Origin: Lama glama
Taxonomy: Eukaryota
Assembly: GCA_028534125.1 (NCBI GenBank)
Contig: CM052817.1
Location: forward strand, 79,424,001-79,488,000
DNA: 64,000 nt
Reading direction: 5' to 3'
Below are positions 39,100 to 51,539 of the stretch, piece after piece. The notes beneath the pieces were generated by a model. That model worked only from the letters and a program-made list of their open reading frames with translations. It did not search any database and had not been told where the DNA came from. The stretch's first letter is position 1. Each line of letters starts with the position of its first letter. A program made the translations under genes and the position numbers.

Positions 39100-40105
39100 A
39101 TCAGGTTTCTTGCCAACAGTCCAAAGGTTGACAACCCACTTTGTTGGTGAGGCTGTGTGAAAAGGAGCACTTTCACATATTTCATGTGGTAGGGAGTGTG
39201 AGCCTATCTTACAAAACTGCATGTGTATTTATCCCTTGATCAAGCACTCCCAGTTGAAGGAACTTACCCTGAAGACAAACCTTCATAAATATGCAAAACA
39301 TAAATTATTTGCAGCATTATTTTTTGTATATATACTTTTTATTGAAGTATAGTCAGTTTACAATGTGTGTCAACTTCTGGTGTACAGCATATGTTTCAGT
39401 CATAAACAAACATACATATATTCATTTTCATATTTTTTTCACCATAAGTTACTACAAGATATTGACTATAGTTCCCTGTGCTATACAGTAGAAACTCATT
39501 GCTTATGTATTTTATATATATTAGTTAGTATCTGCAAATCTCAAACTCCCAATTTATCCCTTCCTACCCCCTCCCCCGTAACCATAAGTTTGTTGAGTTT
39601 GTTTCTGTTTTGTAAATAAGTTCGTTTGTCTTTTTTTTAGATTCCATATATAAGTGATTATTGTTTCTAATAGCATTATTTTTAATAGCAAAATATTGGA
39701 AGCAACCTCAAGGCCTATCTTAGGAGATTGGTGTATAAACTAGTACATGCACACAGTAGAGTTCTATGCAGCTGTTAAAAAAAAAGGAAGATTTCTATAT
39801 ATTGATATGGACTGATTTCTAGGTTACTTTGTTAAGTGAAAAGCAAAGGACAAATGAATATAGATAGACTGCTACCTTTTGAATAAGTAGGAAGATAAGA
39901 GTGTGTGTGTGAATTTGTTAATTTTTGCCCAAAAATGCAGGCAAAAAAAGCAGGAACTAAGAAAATATATATATTTTTTAATGGAGTCAAAGGGGTAGAG
40001 ATGGGAATAAGACTTCCTTGAGTATAAATTTTTACTTTATATTTAAAGCTTTGACTTTAAATTATGTAAATATTTTAAATAATCCCAAACATAAAATTAA
40101 AACAA
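39100..40105 (+). mobile_element. Old L1M 3' region with a nested young antisense L1 3' end (~39325-39660)
   Basis: TTGTTGGTGAGGCTGTG...GCACTTTCACATATT; nested TTATTGAAGTATAGTCAGTTTACAATG flanked by AGCATTATTTTT repeats (39313, 39672). Confidence 0.75.
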
Positions 40106-40493
40106 TGTGGTAAATACTGAAATGTGCCCCCTGGATCTTCTTTCAAGGAAGCACGGCTGCCCAGCTGTGGGGAAGGCAGACCACAGACAGCCTCCAGCTG
40201 TCAGTTTCTTCAGGGTTTGCCTCAGCGGCAGATGAACCGCCAGTCACACCCTTCCTGGGCGACCACATCCTGTGACTGAGCCACAGGGGATGCGGGTGAG
40301 ATGTTAAAGGTACAGAGCTCCCCACCCCCTCCCCCAAAGCTGAGGCTTTATTTGGCTTGTGTCACAGTTTGTCTTCTCACTTTTCCTAAATCCTGTTTCC
40401 TCTCCCTTCTCTTCACAGGTATTGATCTCTAATAAACACCCTGCACCCTAAACTCCATCTCAGCGTCTGTTTCCCAAGAACCCAGCCTGCAAT
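40106..40493 (+). mobile_element. LTR16-family ERVL LTR (5' LTR)
   Basis: CCTCCAGCTGTCAG, CACAGGTATTGATCTCTAATAAACACCCTGCAC...CTCAGCGTCTGTTTCCCAAGAACCCAGCCTGC. Confidence 0.8.
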
Positions 40494-43400
40494 TTTTGCA
40501 GCCAAGAGCTGGCTGGTAACGAGGACCCCTTCACTGGTGGCAGGTGGAGCGCAGCAGCCCCTGGCACAAGGCAGTGGTCCAATTGTTCACTGGTGATGAG
40601 TTGGAGGGGTGTACAGTGGAAGGAAATGTACTAACAGGTGTTCTGGATCTCCTCTGAGACGCATAGAGGAGACAGTAGCTCTGAGGATTGCAGTACTGGG
40701 TGGTATTGTGAGCTCCACTGATGCTCAACAGAAAGACAGTGAAGAGCTGAGGGCCAGTTAAAGATTTAAAAAGCCTCTAGAAGCCCAGAGGCCTCTTTGT
40801 TTACATACAGATAAGCTCAACTCCTATAGGGAGAGCAGAGAAAGTTGAGGGTCATGTTCAGACTTTGCAGTCTGAGAGGCTGAATTTCAAAGTTAATGTC
40901 CAACAATGTCTGTTACACCAAAGTCAGGGCTTTGGTGGGGAAAACTTGGGCAACTGACTCTGAGATGGAGACATCTGGGCTAATGCTTCTAAAGATTTTG
41001 ACTCCCCTGAACCTTCTGAGCCTGTTGAATGTCCCCACTCCTCCCTATTAAAATCTAGCACTGCAGCCACTCTGGAAGAAATCACAGAGGCTTCTCTCCC
41101 ACAAGGCAACAAGCACCCCCTCGAGATCTGCCCCCATCTCTGCTTCTGGCCTGTAGGCCTATAATTAGGGTTAAATCACAAACTAATACAGCTGGGAATG
41201 GGTGGGGCCTGATAAGGGAGGCCAGAAATGATACCCTAAAGGAGCTGCAAGACCATTCTAGTAGGTATTGGAAACTGGGAGGATATGTATTGACTGGATT
41301 CTGAACATGCTGACCAAAGGAAGAGTATACTGACCAGGGAACATTCTGCGAAGATACAGTATCTAATAGCCTTCAAAGGCCCCAGAGATGGTGTAAGCTT
41401 GCTCCTAAAATGACTCCTAGAGCCATAGAAAAACCTGCCCACCTGATACCCACATCGTGGGCCACACTGAGCAGAGTTAAAATCCAGAGTCACTGTGGTA
41501 GACAGGAGAGGAAGGGACTAAAAAGATAGGGGAGGTGAGCATGCTTGGATGGATTTAGTATGATGATGAGAAGTCTTGGCAAATGATTATGTTCCACAGG
41601 GAGGTCGAGAGGACATGCCATTTACTAAGGCTGTGGAAGGAACTGGGGAGAGGGCCACCAGCATCCACAAAAATTTTAATGGAGGAACCTCCTCTGTAGG
41701 TCAGGGCTGCTGGGAGGAGAGGTTGTTATAGAACTTAGCTCACTGATAGGAATGAGGATGATAGAATCCCAAAAGAATAGAAGGCAGGGGGTGGCACTTA
41801 AGAGCCAGAGGACAGCAATTATTGTAATGGCAAGCAAGGTCAGGTTGGAAGCCAAGGGAAGTTAGAGATTATTAATAGAATCAAACACCCCCAGGGGTAA
41901 ACTATGTAGCTTATACCAGCGGAAGCAATGAAGGATAGATGACCAAAGGCTGAGCAATATGATTACTTGCCCAGTTCTGCACTTGAGCCAGGTTTCAGAT
42001 GAAAAACTAAGAGGTGTCAGGGTCCCTGGGAGAAAGGACCCTGTAACACCATGGCAAATAAACATGGTGACGATTTCCCCAGTCTCTCCCTGAAGAGACT
42101 TGTGGCCATTTGTTTGGGTAGTAGACACTTAGGAAAAGGAAATGTCCAGGTATTCAAGGTGTCTAGGTGACATTGTAATCTGGAGTGCTGAAGCATCATC
42201 ATGGTCCCCTGTTAGGGCTGGAAAAATATTAGGGACAGTTAATGAAGTCCCGGTCAAGACCAGGCTTACACTGCGTTCTCTCAGTCCCATTGGCCCCATT
42301 GGTTCACATTCATTGGTCATTTCCCCAGTCCCTGAATTGAGATTGATATACTTGGCAGTTGGTATAACCCACACGTTGGCTTCTTGATCCGCAGAGGAGG
42401 AGTAGAGAAGACCAAGTGGAAGCCTCTAATTACCACCCCACTGCTGAGATCACAGATGTCAAACACAGTATTGCTTCCAAGGACGGCAGAAATTAGTGCT
42501 GCCTTTAAGACTCTAAATGATGTGGCAGTGGTGGTCCCCATCCATTTAATTCACCAGTCTGCCCTGCAGAAACAAGACTAGTGCTGGAGGATAATTATAA
42601 ACTACTGTAAGCTCAACCAACTAGTATCCCCGATCACAGCCACCATGCCAGATGCAATATCTTTACTGGAGAAGATTAATATGGCCTCACATATATTGAT
42701 TTAGTGAATGTATTCTTCTCTATCCCAGTCAAGAAAGAGGATCATATGGAACAGTTTTACCCCAAACCTCTGTGAGCTTTCTTATTCTCTATCATAATAA
42801 AGCCTGAAGAGATTTGGACCATCCAGACATTCCACAGGACATCACATTGATCCATTACATTGATGGCATTATATTGATAAAACTACATAAACAAGAAGTG
42901 GCTAGCATGCTGGAAGCCTTCGTAAGACCCACGTATCCCAGAGGGTGGATGATAAGCAGTGTGCAGTTTCAGGGGCATACTATAACTGTAAAATGTTTAA
43001 AATTTCAGTGGTCAGGATTATGTTGGAATATCCCCTCTAAAATAAAAGTCAAAATATTGCCTCTTGTACCTCTTTCCGTGGAAAAAGAAGTGCTAGGAGG
43101 CTTTGTGTTCTAAAGGTGAGATTTCCCTGGCCCTTACACTGAGTGATGAATGGCTGCCAGCTTTGAATACAGCTGGGAGCAAGAATGGGCTCTGCAGCAG
43201 ACCCAAGTTGCTATGCAAGCAGTTTGACCACTGAGGCCACATGATCTGCAGAACCTATGGTGTGAGGATATTAATGATAGGAAAGGATGCTGTGTGGAGT
43301 TTGTAGCAAGTCCCAGTAAGGAAATCACAAAGCAGAGCCCATGGAGTTTTAGAGCAAGGCCATACCATCTGTAGCAGAAAGTTATGTACCTGGACTGAAA

Positions 43401-43930
43401 CATGGGCCTTATAGAGGTGAAATGCCTGACCATGGGGAACCAAGTGACCACACATCAGGAATTGCCTCTCACGAGAACTTGCAAATGCGTAAGATTGAGC
43501 AGGCCAGCACAATCTCTTGTAAGATGAAAGCGGTACATCAGCACTGTTGAGCACAGTCAGGGCCGGAGGGTACAAAGCAAGCTGCATGTTCAAGTAACCC
43601 AGACTTTTATGACACCCACCACTTCTCATCTCTCAGATGAAGGAGGAGGGGAAAAAACATCTGATCTTGGTTTATGGATGGGTCAGCTCTACGTGTGAAT
43701 GCAAACTGAGATGGAAGACAGTTGCACTAGAGCTCAACAGTTTTGAGGGAAAATTATCTCAATGGGCAGAGGCCTCAAGAACAATGGCTTGGCCAAGACA
43801 ATCAGTGACAAGGAGGTCTGGGTTAGAAGCAAAGTGTGAAGAGTTTTATATCACACCTTAATGCCCCCCCAGAGAGCTTCCTCTAGTAGACAAAGCGATT
43901 TGGCCAGTCGATGTTGTCCAGTGAGTGCCC
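40494..43930 (+). mobile_element. pol: Decayed ERVL internal region (ERV3-16A3-like; gag-pro-pol remnants)
   Basis: Protease-region HSLVISPVPE, KTKWKPL, AEISAAFKTLND and RT DIPQDITLIHYIDG (YIDD mutated, 42856-42867), all matching ERVL Pol; fragmented across frames. Confidence 0.88.
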
Positions 43931-43979
43931 ACCTAAGTACTGGTGTGACAAGCACAGGTATCAGTATGATATGTCTGTT

Positions 43980-45525
43980 TCCTGTCACTAACCGCTGAAA
44001 TGACCTAGAAGCAATAATCCTGCTGTAGCAATGAATACGTCTAATTCTCAGATCTTGGTTTTTAAAATACTGGTATCTATTAAAAAGGAAGCAGGAATCC
44101 TTGGAGAAATGGTTGACTCCAAACCTGGGACAGCAAAGGTAGAAGGTGAACCTGGAATATTTTTTCATACCAAAAAAGCAAGACTGCTCAAAAGGTCACA
44201 GGAGCCAACTTGAAGGAGCTCCCACTGACTAAACTTGGGACAATTGAACGTCAAATTGAAAAATTATGCTAATGAATTATAACACATTGAATAAATGACA
44301 ATCATAAGTCCATAGTATTCTTTTCTATATATGAGGGAGAGGAGAGGAAAAAGGGAAAATATTTTTATCTACCAAAAACCACAAAACAATAGATGCAGTA
44401 GAAATGGTAAGCAGGAAAATCACCATTTGCAGCCACTGCTTGACACAGGTGGGAATCAGGCATGGATGCTAAAATTCATAGGTAAAAAGTTATTGGGGAA
44501 TAGGATATTCACACAGTTTTCAAATATCATGCCACAGATTACTTATAAATTAAAAAGAGAGAAAAAAAAGATGTAATTTTATAATGGAGAGATCTGGTGG
44601 ACACCAGGATAACCAAGTAATGTGTAACTGCCTCATCAGTAATGGAGTAGCTGATATTTTTGCCTCTTGTTGTGGTGTACTGAGAAAAATACAACATCAC
44701 TTATGCTATGCTCTTGCCAGAATGTTTTGTTTCATTTTATTTTATTTTATTTTTAATTTTATTTTATTGAGTTATAGTCAGTTTACAATATTGTGTCAAT
44801 TTCCAGTGTAGAGCACAATTTTTCAATCATACATGCACATACATATATTCATTGTCACATTCTTTTTCACCGTGAGCTACCACTAGATCTTGTATATATT
44901 TCCCTGTGCTATACAGTATAAACTTGTTTATCTATTCTATATATACCTGTCAATATCTACAAATTTCAAACTCCCAGTCTGTCCCTTCCCCGCCCCTTCC
45001 CCCCTTTGCCAGAATGTTTTATCTGAATACAACCATGAGGAAACAAATCAGGTCAATCCAGATTATGGGACAATTTTACAATAGAACAGGCCTTCCAAAA
45101 TGTCAATGATTAAAAGAATAAAAAAGTGCAGTATCTCTTCTATGTTAAAGATGATTAAACTCTTCTATAGTAAAGAAATGCAATACATGATCTTTGATTA
45201 GATCCTGGATCAAAACCAAAAAAACATCTGGAAGGCATATTTTGGAGACAATTGGAGAAACTTGAGTGATTGGACAGTATATTAGATTAAAATACTGTGT
45301 TGGTGTTAAATTTCTTTGGCATGAGGATGGTATTGTGACTATGTAGCAGAATGTACTTATTCATAAGAGATACTGACTGAAGCATTTGGGGAGGAAGTAT
45401 CCTGAGAGATAAAGGGAATGTGGCAAAATGCTAACAATGGGTAAATTAGACTGAAGGATAAAATAAGTGTTAATTTCATATTTGACTTTTCTATTGGTTC
45501 GAAATTTTTTTCAAAATAAACAGCT
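43980..45525 (+). mobile_element. Old L1MC/MD 3' UTR
   Basis: CAGATCTTGGTTTTTAAAATAC...CCTTGGAGAAATGGTTGACTCC, ATGGAGAGATCTGG, TGCTAACAATGGGTAAAT. Confidence 0.75.
44729..45005 (-). mobile_element. 5'-truncated young L1 3' end with exact 15-bp TSD
   Basis: TSD TTGCCAGAATGTTTT at 44714-44728 and 45006-45020; (TTTTA)n tail. Confidence 0.92.
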
Positions 45526-46460
45526 GGGGAAGGTGCCAAATTTTCAATGGTAGTATGATGTATTCAAACACCGCAGAACCGATTTTGTGCTATTGATACA
45601 CAAAACAAAGCAATTTTAAAAGATAAAAAATAATTATGAACAGCAGTGCACAGTGGAGACAAGACTGAAAAACAAGTGACTGACATGGAGGAGAAGTTTC
45701 CATCAGTCCCAGTGATACAGGGGAGAAACACAGAGGTAGACAGGGAGACGCTGCCTGTGTGGCGCAATAGAATTTTCTGCAGCTAGAAGGAAAATGATTC
45801 AAAAAAAAAAAAGAAAAAAAAGAAGAAAAGTGATTCACAGAAATTATATGAACAGGACTCCCCCTAAAATTTAAACCATCTTCCCAGGCAGGGCAGGGCA
45901 AGAGGGTGAGGGTAACGGAGGGTAAAGGGAAGGAAAAGGCAGAATGAAGTAGTATGTGACCATGACTACCAACATTCTCTGCTCCCCTTACTAGTTTGCG
46001 TAATTGCAGGGAAATGGTACACAGACTCACTCATACTCGTAAACCTTTTGTACATCCTTGGGAAAGGAGTGTGATCCTGAGGTCATCTTGGGACCTCAGT
46101 TGTCTTGGATTTTCCTAAATAACTAATCACTCCAACCATATTGCCACTAGATGTTCTAGAATTATCCTTTTCCCTTAAAGTTGTAGCATGGTCCTTCCTC
46201 AACAAGCCCTGAAGATAAACTCTGAAATATAAGTAGTGCATGCATTGGATATTGGAGATAAATTATTGAAAAGCCAGCATTTCCTGAGCCATTATAACTA
46301 TGGAATTAAGCTTTAGAAACACGTAGAGCTTTCTCTTGACAGGAAAGAAAATAGGACACAGAAAGAAAATATATAACTTTATTCCTGTTGCATAAACATT
46401 TTCTTGTTATTAATATTTCTATCTCAATAAATCAAGGTGGAGTCAATAATGTAAACCTCT

Positions 46461-46661
46461 TACTATATATAAAATAGATACACAACGAGGGCCTACTGCA
46501 TAGCACAGGGGCCTATATTTAATTTCTTGTAATGAGCCATCATGGAAAAGAAACTGAAACTTTATGTATGTACGTATATGTATAACTGAATCGCTTTGCT
46601 ATACACCTGAAACTAACATAAATCAGCTACACTTCAATAAAAAATAAGAATTAAAAAAAAT
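46461..46661 (+). mobile_element. 5'-truncated L1 3' end with exact 14-bp TSD
   Basis: TSD TAATGTAAACCTCT at 46447-46460 and 46662-46675; CTATACACCTGAAACTAACA, AATAAAA tail. Confidence 0.9.
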
Positions 46662-47847
46662 TAATGTAAACCTCTATGTTTACCTGCTCTGGGGACAGTC
46701 ATGGATTCCACTATTGGTCTTCCATACTGAGGAGACTAACTCTTTTTAAAGAAAATGAAATTTTGTTTTCAAACTACCAACCATGTCATTTTTTTGTGCT
46801 TTTCCTTGTGAATATGTTTATATATTTACACACTGGCTCTGGTAATTGCAATTATATTCCTTTAATGTTGTTGTGCATAACATTTCTCCACCACTGCAGA
46901 GAAAAAGAGTGTTGTTCGTCGGGTCTGTGGAATACACGTGGCAAATACCACTAGCTCAGCGGTAGTTGTCCTTAAGGAGTTTCACCTCAAGTTTTAGGTG
47001 GGCTCATGTCTTCAGATACTTAGCCATACGTTACACTTCATACCTGGGATGATAAAGGATGCTGGACTTCTCACTGAAGTGAAAAAATAGATCCCGTCTT
47101 TTACATGCTGTTTGAATGGTTGTAACATCACGCATTCTTCCTCTTTTACGTTTCTTTCTACTCCCTCTCCTTTCACCCTCTGCATCACCCCATTTCTAAG
47201 GAGAGATGAGTCAGAGCTTTGGAAAGCAAGCGGTTCCACGTTGCATCCTATGGTTCTATTGCAGTCGTGCTTGAAATGTTTGGTTCTAAATGGAATCTTA
47301 ACTTATGCTAGTGAAGGTATTAAACATGAGTGATAAAACTCTTATTTTTTTCTTCAACAAGAATAAACCACAATTAGGCAGGAAAAGATTTTGTAATTAA
47401 GGTTGCCAACAGTTGTCTGTAGGATGGGGGAAAAAATCACCACTTTTGTCTCACATTTACATATACTAATTACCGTTTTAGCAAAATGTTTTGTTGCCAT
47501 CTAGAGAATGTCTGACTTTTTAAAAAGTATGTTTTGATTCCATTCAGAAAAAACATCCAAGTGAGTTATTTTTTTTAAATTAATTTTTCTCACTGGAGCA
47601 CAGAACAGAACTATGGAGGCTGAAACTCAGAGGAAGAATATCAAGATCATAAGATGTTAGAGCTACAGCGGCCCTGGAGGTCGTTCAAAGCAGCCCTTTT
47701 TTGGTTCATGAAACCCGTACACAAGAGCCTCAGTGAGGTCAAGAACTGAATTGAAAATCCATCCAACAAAAATGGTACTAGAGAGTACTTGTTTTGCAGA
47801 GGTCTTGAGTTAGAAACTTGCAATTCTCTTTTGAAAACTATGGAAAA

Positions 47848-48020
47848 GGGGGAGGGTATAGCTCAGTATTAGACTGCATGCCTGGCATGTATGAGGGCCT
47901 AGGTTCAATCCCCAGTACTTCCACTAAAAAACAAATAGACAAACTTAATTATCCACCCCCCCAAAAAGAGTATACATCTATATATTATATATATATGTTA
48001 TATATATATATATTTTTTTT
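47848..48020 (+). mobile_element. tRNA-Ala-derived camelid SINE with (TA)n-expanded tail
   Basis: GGGGGAGGGTATAGCTCAGT...GGTTCAATCCCCAGTACTTCCA; flanking AAACTATG repeat. Confidence 0.88.
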
Positions 48021-48349
48021 TTAAACTATGAAACTGAGTCTGAAAACAGTCATTGGGACAGTATTAACAAAGACAGCACTAAGAAGCCAAATTCCTTTTT
48101 TAAAACAAAGTAATTTTCTTTCTTAGTTAGTCTAACAGACCTGTTAGACCTTGCAAAACAGCCAGAAAATGCTTTTATTAGAAGAGCAATGCAACTCTTA
48201 TGCATAAGAATGAAATACTCCTATGTCTGCTTGTGCATTTATAGTATTTATTTTTATTTATTTTTCAGGTGCCTAGGGGGCAGGGAGTTGAGCTAATCTT
48301 ACTCCTCATTTCTTAGCACATTATCAGTATCTGTCCATATCCTTATATT

Positions 48350-49830
48350 CTTCTCTCACTTTAGGTCCCCATTCTAATTAAAGACAATTACTAGGACAAG
48401 TGTTTGTGTATTTATCCTTGTAAAATATATGGTACTAGATGCAGTGCTATTTTGATGTGTATAGCATTGTGCTATAAATCTCATTCTTTATTTAACTTTT
48501 TTTATTATTTTTGATACCTATAAATTTGCTTTACATATGGGACCATCGTATGCATCTATCATATTTCACATATCCATTCTTCCAGCTTCCAGCTCCCTAC
48601 AATCACTAGCAATGCCACTATGAATTATCTTCAGTAATAGCCCATTAAGGACTTGTGAAAAGATTTTTCTGGGTTGCACCAGAATGAGATCACTGGGCCA
48701 CAGGTTGTACACATACCAAATTACTTTGAGCACAATCAGATTGTTTCCAGAATGACCAGCACCAGCTTTGCACCATTACTCACCAAACCTCAGTATCATT
48801 CATCTTTCAATAACATGATAGTTTAACACAGCTTATTTTTAAAAATTTCCATTTCTCTGGTTACTAGTAAATTCGGGATTCTTTTGTTATGCTTGTTGGA
48901 CATTGGGCTTCCTCTTCTGTAGGTGCTTCTTCATGTCCTATGCCCATTTCCCCCTTACAGTCAAACTTCAAATTATACCTTCACTTGGTTTTTATGGTCC
49001 CTTGTTTTGTTTTTTATCTTGATGACTAGCTGATTTTCAAATATCATAAATATCTTTTCTTAGGCACCTGTCTACTGAAGTTACCTGTGGTGTCTAACCC
49101 TGAACAGAAATTGTTAATGTTTTCTTTAATTTCAATGTAGTCAGCATCCGTTTTTCAACTTACTGTTTGCCTTCAGGGTCTTGTTTAGAAAGCCTGTTCC
49201 CAACCAAATATCATAAATACATCCTCCTATATTTTCTTCCATTAGCTCTATTGTTTACCTAGAGTCTACCTATTTATATAGATAAGGTAGAAATACAGTT
49301 ATTTCTTGCTACCATCCCAACACTCCTGAAAATAGGCACTTTCATTTCTCCATTGTTTTGGGGTGTGAATTTCATACATCAGTTTACACACACACACACA
49401 ATCTATTCTGTTTTGCCGGCCTATTTATTTGTTCCTGTTCCAGTATTGCTTTGTTTTTACTAATAAGGCTTTGATTTAGTCAATACCTAGTAAGACATGT
49501 GCCTGCTCTTTCCTCTTGTTTATTAAAATTGACTTGGGCATTTTGGGTATTCTTTTCATCAATATAAAATTTATAATGAGTTTGGTGAGTTCCTCATACT
49601 GTCAGCCGTGTTTATTGTGGAGCAGGGGGAATTGCATTGAATTCATATATTAAATATAATTCATACTATGCTAAATTAAAACATGAGGATAGCTATCTCT
49701 TCACTCACTCAGATCTTTTATATCCTTTAAAATTTTGTTCACAAAGGTTTATGCAGTCTTTAATGCCTCGTTCTGTTAATGGTCTTGTTAATGGTGTCCT
49801 ATTTTCTGTATTTCTAGTTGGAATTGTTTA
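48350..49830 (-). mobile_element. Old L1ME ORF2/3' remnant
   Basis: T-rich degenerate antisense L1 motifs (CATTTCTCTGGTTACTAG, CTATGCCCATTT, GGAATTGCATTGAAT). Confidence 0.65.
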
Positions 49831-51539
49831 ATGTAGATATATTATAATATTTATATGTTGTGAAAAACCAAGACCACTGCTTTCAAAAGGAAACTAATTT
49901 TTATAGTAAATTCATGTTTGTAAAGTGAAGACACTTTAAAGCCATTGTGTGTGTAGGTGTCTGTCTCCTTCCATGGGAAATCCCACACCCAATTCTAATC
50001 TCCAATTCTACTCTGCTTAGGATCTCCATTCTAGCTTTTTTTCCCCTCAGTATTAAACATGCCCTTTAAAGAAACTAAAATGATAGAAAGTCTTGCATAA
50101 CCTCCATATTCACATACTTTTAAAGGTTTTCTTTCATTTGGATTCTTCTTAAATCTGATCCTTTTCCTAACTCAAAAGAGAGGGGCTTTCAAAGTGCTTT
50201 TGGACCCAAAAGCATAAAACCTGATTTTACTATCTACCAATATTTGTGTCAGCTGCTAGGGAGACACTTAGTTTATGTAAACTGAGATGCATCATGTTAT
50301 AAATTGTTGGGTTTTGTAAGAATTACTATTATACTTCAGGGAAAAAGTGGCAATGGACTGCTTCTGATAGCTGTATGAATGGGGTGATAATTCAATTACA
50401 TGTTATTGAAGTGGGAGTTTATGGAAGAGGAAATATGATTAGCATTCAATAAAAGTGTACATTAGAGAATATATCCTTGGTGTATAGTAACAAGTAAACA
50501 AATGACCGTACTTTGTTCTAATGAAGATGTGACACTGATCTGTGACCTTGGCATTATTTAGTATGTTCCATAAAAATTGCTGTTGAGAATTATAGCTATT
50601 GCTGAAAAGTTTTCAGTGGTAAGATGGGCAACATTTAAACTTAATTGGGACAGAGGAAAAATTTTAATTCCTTTGTAATACTAACTGAAATATACATTTC
50701 CTGTGCCATTAATAAAGTCAAGAGTGTAACTTTTGCTGTTACTCACCTTTGCTATTACTCAGAACTTTGATTCTGCTAAGGAGAAATGATAGAAAACTTA
50801 AGTCAAATTTAGGAGATTCATAATTTTAGTTTGTCTGTTTGTTAACTCAGCAAAAATAGAGTCAATGCTATAGGTTTTCTGTCTAGATAAGCTCTCTCCT
50901 AAGGTTTCTGTCTCAAAATGTCTATCCTCCAAATAACTTACACTTTCTCACAGATAAATTGTACTCATATTCCCCCTACCTCATTTTGTTACAGACGAAA
51001 AAGTTCATCATTTAGTTGCAGTTGCATTTTTTCAGTCTATGGAACATATCCCCATTTTGAAACATTAACCTCTCTTGGCTTCCTTGAGAAGTGGTCTCCT
51101 TCTCACCCTCTTTGCCTTTTGTCCCATTTTGTCTGAGTCTTCTTTCTCTGTCCCCGTGATGAATTCTAGAGAGTGGTACAGCTCAGTCCTGAGCTACCCT
51201 TTAATCTCATGCCCTACTTCCTTCCAGGGTGATCCAATGTACTTTCTTGTCTTTAGTTATTAATGATATGCAAATGACTACCAAAGGTATATCCCTAGTT
51301 AGATGTAGAAGATCACCTTAAAAATGAAAACACATCGAATAAACTAAAGAGTCAGATTTTTATTTAAAGACACAAAGAAGTATGAATGAACTAAGTTCAG
51401 AGAGGGACAAGCCCTTATGAATGAGCAGAAACCTGGTGCTGCTTCCATCCTGGGAGATGTTTGCTGAGCCTTGAGGCGCAGGAGGGTGGAGTAGCAAGTT
51501 TTCCATAGTCAGGAATCTGCTGGGACAAGGAGAAACCAG

